Translations under genes and position numbers: made by a program
Source of the DNA: Cycas panzhihuaensis
Lineage: Eukaryota > Plantae > Cycadophyta
Assembly: GCA_023213395.1 (NCBI GenBank)
Contig: CM041465.1
Location: 125,929,741-125,993,740, forward strand
Reading direction: 5' to 3'
DNA length: 64,000 nt
Notes under the pieces: generated by a model
What the model was told of the DNA's origin: nothing
Seen by the model: the letters and a program-made list of their open reading frames with translations, nothing else
The model's database searches: none
Part shown: piece by piece, positions 53,230 to 64,000 of the stretch
Position numbering within the stretch: the stretch's first letter is position 1
How the letters are laid out: each line of letters begins with the position of its first letter

Positions 53230-56044
53230 GAGGAGTATATCTGGGCTAGACCATGGGCCTGTCATGGTCATCTTTTTTAATCCGTTGGGCCTTGATGTAG
53301 AGGGTTTGGGGACCTAGTTAAAACCCCTTCAATTTACTTTACCTTATCAAAAAAAAAAAAGAAGCACACAAAGAAATATTATTTGTAAGAGGCAAGTCAA
53401 AGTTTTACAAGCTACTCTTGTATAACACACTAGATTGTGTCATTCTAACTCATACACAAGAGGTGAGATTACGCTACTCATGTAATAAACATTTTGAAAG
53501 TTAATGAACCATATATATATATAATGATTACTTAAAATACTAGTAATTAAAGAGGTTGGTTACCCCATGTATTTCAAAAGATAGTTATTATTTTATATAG
53601 ACCCAATAATTAATTTATTTATTAAGATTTTTTATGATTGGTTGATAGATGTTTGATAACATCTTATAGAAAAAGATATAAAGATATTTAGGAAAACACT
53701 TCATATATTAATTGACAGTTGATATTGATGTTAATGAATGGTGATTGATAGTTTATATTTACAATTTGGTTGTTCATAGTTGGTTACTAATATACATAGA
53801 TGACTACATACATGTTTATTATAGATATTTTACATGTTAATGCTTATAAGAAACAAGCATAATAACATGATAGATTTACAAGTTATAGGTGGTAATATTT
53901 GGTACAAATATTATTATGTATATTATAGCGTGTAGGAGATATAAAGATATGAAGACATTGAAAACTAAGGAAATGTAGACCTAAAGATGAAGAAAGATTC
54001 AAAGATATTAAACGTTAAGAGGAAATATTAAAATATGTGATTTACTGCATATTAAATATTTAATATTAATAATGTACATACATACACAAACCCAATCACC
54101 AAATGTATTGAGAGATATGAAATACATATTTATTCATGCAAACATCCTATTAGATGATGTAAAGGCTCAAGAAAAATTATAGGCTACTCATGAGGTGAAC
54201 GTTATTGTAAAGATATGCACATAACACTTGAGAACTTGAGAAAGGATATATACTTATTTTGATATCTAAAAGAAGCTCTAAACTCCACCTTCTTCTATGA
54301 TTTCTCCCACATTGAGTTTTCCATGTATAAATATGTCATCTATCTTGTAGTATATGCATTATTTATATTTTCTTTATTATTCATGTTTATTCCTTTATGT
54401 GTGTGTATTCCTCATGAGATATTTCTGTGATTATACATGCCTGTTATATTTTTATTGCATTATATTTAATACATCACAATATGATAATTCTAAATTCTAA
54501 TTTAATATAAGAGTAAATGTACATTTTTAATAGTTATAACCTAATAAATCTTTTTTTTAATGTAAGAATGAATTAGCAATAACTAAAGATAAGAGCAAAG
54601 AAGAGCATGGATATTTTATCTAGAAATAGCAACATAACTTAGAAATAGGAATAAACATGAACAAGGAGGTAATGCATAAAATAAGAGAGATCAAACACAC
54701 TTTGCCACTATTTCAAGACAAATGATTTTATTTATTTCATTTCTTATCTCCTTTATGTTGGTATAAAGCCCTGTCTTGCAAAAACAAGAATTCCATAGGA
54801 TCACAGTTAAAGAACCAACAAAGAAAAAATAATGAATTGATTTCACTATAGCAGGTAAGGTTGAGGAATGGGCCACAGGTGTTTGGAATTAGAGAACACA
54901 ATAGGTTGCCCTTCAAAACTTACTCAAGTCTTAAGACCAAAGGATTGATAATATTGAAGATCAAATATACAAGTTAGAAGAGGATTTAGAATTGATAAGG
55001 CCATTGATTATATAAATTAGGCAAAGGTAAAAACAAAAGTGGTGAAACTTCTTCTAAAGCTAATCAAGGAGAAATTTAGAATTAGAATCTTATCTTTGCT
55101 AGTCCATTCAAGATACTTATTCCTTTGACAATGATTTAGATATGCATATTTAAGAAGATTTTAGGCCTCTCATTTGTTTTTCTTCTAGTCTCAATTTATA
55201 ATCACCTTAAGAACTTTGTGATACCTCTAAAATAGGGCTAAACTAACATTCTTATGACAACCTGAGTTGGCTTGATTGGAAAATTCTTCCTTCAAATTCT
55301 AATTGGAAAGATTCCCCTTCGCATGTTATAGAGTTAGAAGAATAAAAAAATAAGAAAAGAATTAGACTTGAATGTAACATTCTTTTCTATTTTAAATTGG
55401 CTTAGTGAGGAAATTTGTTCTTTAGGGATTTAATTCAATTTATATGCTTTTTAACCTAAACTAGTCAAATTTGATTCTTTATCTAACTTAGAGGCATTTG
55501 TGCTTGCTTGATAGTAGATGTTGGGATAATTTCACAAGTGATTACCTTGCTTTTGAGCATAAGACTAAGCTAGGTTTATATAAGACAATTCCAATCCCCA
55601 TATTCTTTAATCAAACACTTAATATTTTTTTGACTTTTCCTTCTTAAATTCTTCATGGAGTCCTTTCAAGACTGATTTACAAAGATGTACTTCAGATTCT
55701 TGTGGGCCTAATGTTGATTCCCTAATTTGTGACACTATAGACCTACTTTAATCACATCACAAGGAAGACTCCTTGGTGGTAAATCCTATTAGAGATGGCA
55801 AAGTTCTTTAAAGTTTCCACGAAACACTTATTTGATCCCTCCTAATTATTGTTATGGGCTAATTCCATGCAATTCACTACTGACTCGTAAACATCTTACG
55901 TTATGTATTTGTGAGGTTGAGACCACTTTGGAGCAAGTTATCTACTCAAGTACTTGATGTCCTTTATAGCTTAAGATGTCTTATTCCCATCAAGTCTATT
56001 CTATTTCCCTTTAAGGTATGACCAAGCGAAAATTTTAGGAGTGA

Positions 56045-59000
56045 GTGCCTTTGTGAGGAGAATATCATGGGAAAACATCACATAGAGCCTTTTCAAAAAG
56101 GCAAAGCAATGTGGACTACATAACTATTGCAATTGGCTCATACAGATATTTGTAAACCCATGTCCATACAATCTTTCAAATGAGCTTGTTAGTACATCAC
56201 CTTCATTGACAACTTCTCTCATGAAGTTTGGGTATATTGCATTAAGTACAAATTTGAGGCATTGAAAAAATTTAAATAATTCAAAATTGCAGTAGAGAAG
56301 GAATTATACACGCAAATTAAAATCTTACATTCTGATAATAGAGGTGAATTGACTTCAAAAAAATTCAACCAACTATGCATCAATCATGGCATCAAGTGAT
56401 AACTCACTACTCCATACACACCACAACAAAATGGGGTAGTAGAGAGGATGAATAGGACTTTGGCAAACAAAGCCAAAGCAATGATGCATGCTAAAGACCT
56501 CCCATCAACCTATTTGATAGAAGCACTTCATACAACTGCTTATGTCACAAATAAACGCTCCACAATGGTAGTATGGGATATGACACCAGAGGAGACTTAG
56601 ACTAATAGGAAACCAATTGTCAACCACTTACGCATATTTGGGTGCACATACTACATGCATGTTCCCCATCAGTGAAGGCAAAAACTAGATAACAAAAATC
56701 TAAAATGCCTATTCATCAGTTATGCAGTGGAAGCAAAACATATAGAGTTTATGATCCCATTGGGAGAAAAATGCATGTAACCAGAGATGTAATCTTTGTT
56801 GAAGATAATGAGGAAAGGGACCTAGCATGCATCTATATTCCTCTTAACAAAGAAAAAGAGATTGTTGAGGACTTCCTTTCCTCTCAATCATCAACACCAT
56901 GTACATCGTCTGCAACTTTGTCCACATCAACTCCTTACCTACTTCATCAACTGCTCTTGATCCTGTCAATCTTTTTGACATTGAACAAACTTTGTAAGCT
57001 TAGGACATTGAGGTAACAACCACATCAACAAAGAAGTTGCCTAAATGGTACACTTAAACATGTTTATAAAAAATGAGACAGCAAATTGTTAATTATGCAC
57101 TTATCGCTGAAATGCTTTATGTTTACGGGCCTTCTACTTTTGAGGAGGTATGTATAGATAAAAAGTGGAATGCTGCCATGGATGATGAAATCCATCCTAT
57201 TGAAAAAAATAAAACTTGAGTTTTGGTTGAATTGCTTAGGGAAAAATAGATAATTAGCTACAAATAAATTTATAAAATTAGATTCCAATATGATGGTTCA
57301 ATCAAGTGTCACAAGGCTTGACTAGGTGCTAAAGGATTTAAACAAAAGGAGAACATAGATTATGATGAAACCTTTGCACCAGTTGCAAACACGAATACTA
57401 CCAGACTGATATTGGCCTTAGCTACACAATGCAAATGGCCCATATATCAAATGAATGTGAAGAGCACCTCTCTCAATGGTAATCTTACAAAGTAGTTATA
57501 TTTGGAGCAACCTCCTAGTTACAAAACACATGGCAAAGGACATTTGGTCTATCGCCTTAAAAAGACTTTATATGGCTTGAAACAAGCGCCATGTGCATAG
57601 TATTAAAAAATTAATGATTATTTTTTGAGACATAGGTTTCATCGATCATCATCAAACCCAAATTTGTATATATAAAAGCTCAGGGCCAACACATCACCTT
57701 TGTCATATTATATATTGATGACTTACTTATCATTAGAAGTGATACTAAGATGATAGAAAATCTCCAAAAGGACCTAAAAAGGAATTTCAAAATGATTGAT
57801 CTAGGACTTCTCTACTATTTTTTAAGCATAGATGTGTGATAATAGTCAGGCAGCATCTTCATTTTCTAAGTAAAATACACTGAGAACATATTACACTTGT
57901 TCAGAATGAAGGACTGTAATCCATGACCTACACCTATGGAGAGTGGTATCAAATTGACACTTGATGAGGAAGCACAACTTGTGGATTCCACACTTTACAA
58001 GTAACTAGTGGGTAGTCTCATCTACTTGACTATCACTAGACCTGACTTATTATTTGCAGTTAGAATTTGTTTAAGGTACATGTCTCAACCTAATCAGATG
58101 CATTAGATTGCAACAAAATGTATATTAAGATACATTAAAGACACATTACAACATACCCTTTAGTATACACACAACGAGGACTTCACACTAGAAGGATTCT
58201 CAAAGTTTGATTAGGCAGATTGTCAGTATAGTCAAAGATCCACCTTAAGGTACTGTTTTAACCTTGGGTCAACTATTATCTCGTGGAGTTGCAAGAAGCA
58301 ACAAAATGTTACTTTATCCTCCACAGAAGCAGAATACAAAGATGCGGTAAGTGCTATTAAAATATAATGTTTTATCCTAAGAACATTAGAGAAAGGGGGC
58401 AATATGTTTAAGACCCTCATTATATTTAATTATTATGTTTAATGTTACAATCATGTAATGGTTATAAGTTTGTTGTATATAAAGGAGGTTTCTCTCCATC
58501 AATAATGAAGTGAGTCTAATTCTATTCTTCCTCACAATTGAGGGTCTAATTTTCTACATGATATCAAAGCAAGGAAATATGCCTAACTGAAGAGAAATAG
58601 TCAAAGGGTTATTGAAGAAAATTATAATACTCAAAGGAAAAGATAGATTCAAAGCATTGAAGACAACGATCGAAGTCTAGATGGTCGAAAGATTGCAAAA
58701 ATTCCATCATTTAAACTGCATTTGCATGTATAGATTTTTTAAGGTTGTCAGAATTCGACAAAACTTGGCCAGATTAAAGATATTAACTAGGGCATAACTT
58801 TCTTCAACTGTGACAAATTGATCCGAAGTTGTTTTGAAGTTGTTGTTCCCTTTGAACAGTCTACGTGAATTTAGAGGTTCTCAAGCAGATTTCTTTCGAA
58901 TCTCATCAAATTTCTAGGTATACTTATTCCAAACTCATTGTCTATGCCATACAAAGGGATTAAGTCTAATTTCGAAGGAGCTTTTCTCAAATTTGGAGTT

Positions 59001-62000
59001 TTTTTATCATTTCTTCAAAAAACCCTAGCTGTCAGTTTTGACCTTTTGTGCCAATTTTCTCCCAAACCAAAAACTGCCTTAAACATCTAATTGCAAATTT
59101 AAACTTGGCTTGAAATTCTCTTCGATTTAACATACTCATATCTCAAATCCGTACACTTTGATTTTTGAACAAAAATATGTAGGATCGTACGGTCTGGCAT
59201 TAATTGCAAGCTTCAAAACCTCTGATATTCATTCGTTTGACTTTGTTGGTCTTATTAAATTTGCCCTTGACTCATTTCATCATGGCATCCTTGATTCCAG
59301 GCCTAAGTGACACTGATAAATTGATCGCAAATAACTGTATTGTATGGAGGATTAAAATGCAAGCCCTCTTACGTGCTAAAAATGCATGGAAACTAACCAT
59401 AAGAGAAGAATAAATGCTTGATGTTGAAGGAGATGCTCAAAATAATTGGAATGAAAGAAATAATGTAGGAGTAATAATGTTAAAACTGTCTATTTTTTAT
59501 TATTTATTAATATATATAGACAAACTAAACACTTGTTCTTAAATCTTGAAAACCCTAGAAAATCTCTGTGCTCAAAAGAATAGGGCAAGGGTTGTTACTC
59601 TGAAAGAAGAATTGTTTAAATTAGTTATGAAAGAAACAGACACTATAGTTGACTTTATTTAAAAGGTTACCACTATCCAGAATGAACTTCTAAGTATTGG
59701 AGAAGAGATTTTAGAAAATGAAATTGTTGAAATGGTAGCGGGAAAAACTTCCCAAGGCCTTTGATGTGACCATTAATACCATCACCAATACCAACATAAT
59801 TAAAGAAATATCACTTGATGACCTGATTGGCATATTGATGAGACAAGAACAAAGGAACATAAGATATGAAGATAAAATAGAAGATGCCTTTGCAATAAGA
59901 CTCAACATAAGAAGCTCAAGAGGAAGAGGGTGCTTGAGAGGAAAAGGATACACATCCAAGTTCACTACTCCTTCACATGGAAGATGGCCTGAAAACTGAG
60001 GTCAGGGTCGCATGTACCCTCCAAGAGATGCTTAGGTTTGCTTCCACTACGGCAAACATAGCCACTTTTCAAGTTAATGTCAGATGTTTGATATATGCTA
60101 TCACTGTGAATAGTTAGGGCACTATATGTATCAATGTCATCAAACAAGATATGAGATTCAGAGAGGAAAAAGACCTATCAATAACTACAACAAGGAACAA
60201 AAAGAGGAGGAAGAAGAAGAAACAACTTATGCTACTGCTCTATCAGCTAATCTTCATGACTCTGATGTATGGTTCATCAACTCAAGGGTGTCCAGGCACA
60301 TGACAAATAAAAATGATTGGTTTGAGTCAATAAAAAACTATTTATCAAAGGCAGTCGAGCTTGGACATAAGTACCCTTTGTGCATTGAAGGAGTAGGAAC
60401 TATTGCCATAAACTTATAAGGTTCTGTAAAAAAAGTTGGGAATGTACTCTTTGTACTTGAACTTAAGATGAATCTCCTATCAGTATCTCAACTAAGCAAC
60501 AAGGGCTTGAGAACCGTTTTTGATGAAAAGGGAATGTGCTATGTGCTGGATATGAAAAATGGAGGTGTTGTCATTGCCAAGGGAGAGAAGTACAATAATC
60601 TATACAAATTGTTATCCATTCCTGTTAATCCCAACATAGATGCAAAAGCATTCTTTGTTGTAAATCCTAAAAATAATAAAGTATGGCATTTGAAGTATGA
60701 ACATCTTCTCTTGGATAAATTATAAATGATGAAGAAAAATAATGTAGTAAATGGTCTTCCTTCCATCTCATCAGAAGATTTTATTTGCAAATACTATCAA
60801 TGTGGAAAACAATAACATTTTCCCTTTAGAGTTAATAAATAGCGTGCTCAAGAGAAACTAGAGTTAATACACATAGACTTGTGTGGTCCTCTAACACCTC
60901 TGTCTGTAAATGGTTCTAAATATTTCTTAACCTTCATTGATGATTCCACCAGAAAAGTGTAGGTGTATTTCATTCATAATAAGTTAGATGTGTTTGATAT
61001 ATTTAAGGAATTCAAAGCTGAGGTAGAGTTAGAATCAGGATGTAAAATTAAATGTATTAGGTCAGACAATGGAGGGGAATATATCTTAAAGGAATTCCTT
61101 GACTTCTATAAAGCCAATGGTATTCAGAGACAGTTCACAACTCCTCATACACCTCAGTCAAACGGTGTAGCTGAACAAAAGAAAAGAACTATAATGGAAA
61201 TGGCTCGAAGTATGATCCGTGAAAAACAAGTTATGAAAACCTATTGGGCAGAGGTAGTAAATACAGCTTGTTACCTGATCAATCGAAGTCCATCAATAGC
61301 ACTGTAGTAGACAACTCTAGAAGAAAACTAGACTAGAAGAGACCCTGATGTAAGTAATTTAAGAATCTTTGGTAGTCATGCCTTTTTACATATTCTAGAT
61401 AAATCTAAGACAAAACTAGATTCAAAATGCATAGAATGTGTTATGGTAGGGTATAGTAAAAACTCAAAAGGGTACAAATGCATAGATCCCAAGATTAATA
61501 AAATCTATATAAGTAGAGATATAGTCTTTAATGAAGATTTTCCATCTGAAGTCAAGTATCTAATACAAACAATTGAAGGAATGCCTAGAAACGAACATCA
61601 AGAAGAACTGGTTGCTGAAGAATCAGGAGTGACAACAAAACCAAAACTAGAAGAATCTAAATCTATTGAAAAAGAACCTTCACCAGAAGAATCAGCTTCA
61701 AAAGCACCACAGAAAAATGTATCAAAATAGTACATCAAAACCATAGAAGATAGAAAAGGAACTATATTCACACATAGGACTAGAAATCAACAACAACAAC
61801 ATCAAGCCCTCTTCAACAGACTACAGCCATAGTCATTTGAAGAAGTGAAAGAGCATGCAAAGTGGAGAACAGCCATGGATACAGAGATGGATGCCATAGC
61901 CAAGAATCAAACATAGGACCTAATAGAACTGCCTCCAAATAAGCCAATAGTCAATTGCAAATGGGTGTATAAGGTAAAAGAGGGTGCAAATAGAAAAATA

Positions 62001-64000
62001 AAAAAATTCAAAGCAAGACTTGTGGCAAAAGGGTACACCCAGACTGCTAGAATTAACTTCGATGAGACTTTTTCACATGTGGGAAAAATGAACACAGTTT
62101 GAATGATGATAGTACTAGCAGCTCAAAAGAACTAGAAAATCTACTATTTAGATGTCAAAATTGCCTTTCTACAAGGAGAACTTGAAGAAGGAGTTTACAT
62201 GCACCTACCCAAAGGCTATGTCTAGTCTGGACAAGAACACCTGGTATGTAAACTCAAAAAGGCACTGTATGGTTTGAATCAAGCCCCTAGGGCATGGTAC
62301 GTTAGACTAGACCAACATCTATCTCAAAATGGCTTCCAAAGAAGCAACTCTGATTCAAGTCTCTATATAAAAGGAAATAATGGAACAAGTTCAATTATAG
62401 TAGTCTATGTTAATGATATGATACTCACTGGAGATGACACCAAGTCTATCTCAGACAGTCAATTAGAATAGGATTTTGAGATGACTGACTTGGGTCCTTT
62501 GAGCTACTATCTAGAAATAGAAATTGAGAAAAATCAAAAACATATTACACTCTCATAAGGCAAGTATATCAGAGATTTGTTGACTAAGTTCCAATTGGAG
62601 AACTGCAACAAATGTGCAACCCCTGTGGAAGTAAGCTATGATCTAGTCCTAGAAGAAGGAGAGCCTTCAATTGATTGCATACTTTATAGACAATTAATTA
62701 GAAGTCTTAATTACCTCACTGCCACAAGATCTGACATCTCACATTCAATAGGTCTGGTTTCTAGATGCATGCAGGAGCCCAAGCTAAAACATTAGAAAGT
62801 TGTAAAAAGAATACTTAAATACCTGAAAGAGACAACAAATCTAAAACTTGTATACAACAAAGAAAATTCAACACAATTGATTAGATACTGTGATTCCGAT
62901 TGGGCTAGTGATAAGGATACTAGAAGATCCATTAGTGGATATTGTTTCTTCCTTGGGTCAACTACTATTTCATAGTGCAGTAGAAAGCAACCCACTGTTG
63001 CACTTTCTTCAACCAAAGTAGAATACAAATTAGCAATCAGTGCAACTTGCGAAGCTCTCTGGCTCCGACAACTACTAAGAGACATGAACCAACTACAATA
63101 AAAACCAATGATGTTGCTCTATGATAATCAAAACGTAACTAAGCTAGCCAAAAATCCTATCTTGCATGCACAAATAAAGCACATAGAAGTATATCATTAC
63201 TTCATTCAGGAAAAGGTGCAAAATAAAGGCATCGATCTGATATGTTACCCAACAATAGATCAAGCTGTAGATATATTAACAAAATCCCTTGGAACATAGA
63301 AGCTTGAAACTCTTAGAGAAAGATTAGGTTTGAAAAGGATAAAACATTAAGAGAGGGTATTAGAATATAATGTTTTATCCTAAGAACATTAGAGAAAGGG
63401 GGCAATGTGTTTAAGACCCTCATTATATTTAATTCTTATGTTTAATGTTATAATCATGTAATAGTTATAAGCCTGCTATATATAAAGGGGGTTTCTCTCC
63501 ATCAATAATGAAGTGAGTCTAATTCCATTATTCCTCACAGTTGAGGGTCTAATTTTCTACAAGTTCAGCATGTGAGGCTATATGGTTAAAGAGGATTCTT
63601 AATGAGCTTGGACTTGAGCAATCTCACCCTACTAAATTATATTGCGATAATCAAAGTATGCTTAAGATGACTAAGAATCTAGTTTTTCATACAAAAACTA
63701 AGCATATTGAGACCCATCACTACTTCATCAGGAAGCATGTGTGGAACAGTGAAAACAACATTGCCTATAAGCCAACAAATTAACAATTGTCAGATATCTT
63801 TACCAAACCACTTAATAGAAAATATTTTGAGTATTTCAGAGGTAGCCTTAGAATAAAACTTTAAAATATAAACATTAAGAGGGGGGGGAGAGGGTGTAGA
63901 ACCTTTATGTTCTATTATTAAGTTATGTATTATGTAATACTACTTTATCACTTAAATGGATAAAGTACACACACACGCACTTCTCTAGTATGTGTAATGT
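56045..64000 (+). mobile_element. 5'-truncated Ty1/copia (integrase, RT, RNase H, PPT, start of 3' LTR at 63895), interrupted at 58355-63561
   Basis: CEENIMGKHH, TPQQNGVVERMNRTL, YDETFAPVA, LYGLKQAP. RNase H STEAEYKDAVSA|ACEAIWLKRIL is continuous across the nested insertion. PPT TAAGAGGGGGGGGAGAGGG at 63876-63894. Confidence 0.9.
58355..63561 (+). mobile_element. Complete degenerate Ty1/copia (5.2 kb) nested in the RNase H of another copia
   Basis: 204-bp LTRs at 58355-58558 and 63358-63561 (about 13 mismatches by eye). PBS TGATATCAAAGC at 58559. PPT TAAGAGAGGG. TSD AGTGC/AGTTC. Gag-pol ~59282-63350 (WFINSRVSRHMT, IRSDNGGEY, KHIEVYHYFI). Confidence 0.93.

Larger units (their letters stand above)
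46927..53360 (+). mobile_element. Apparently full-length L1-clade LINE (~6.4 kb) with RNase H
   Basis: 18-bp TSD AAAGAAGCACACAAAGAA at 46909-46926 and 53358-53375. Poly-A at 53349-53360. G-rich 5' start. ORF1 and ORF2 remnants present. Confidence 0.95.

Noticed and set aside
53740-56040. Possible old LTR and gag-like sequence
   Set aside because: No partner LTR, PBS, TSD or clear protein motif could be established.

Overview
AT-rich, heterochromatin-like land-plant nuclear DNA. A gymnosperm origin is plausible but is inference only. No intact host gene is visible. Most of the window is nested retroelements: five Ty1/copia elements (one young 8.3-kb copy with an unusually long structured leader; another nested inside the RNase H of a second copia), a CRM-like Ty3/gypsy element broken into two halves plus an inverted duplicate, a full-length L1 LINE with RNase H and an 18-bp TSD, a second L1 3' end, and a tRNA-derived SINE. 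Between them lies a decayed tandem array of intronless group D (MKK7/9-like) MAP kinase kinase pseudogenes. One copy is fused in frame to a class III peroxidase pseudogene at a shared GAT codon. Also present are an unidentified decayed coding region with duplicated protein modules (30.5-32.5 kb) and a 1.7-kb TA-rich microsatellite. All translations and alignments were done by eye, so coordinates of decayed features are approximate.
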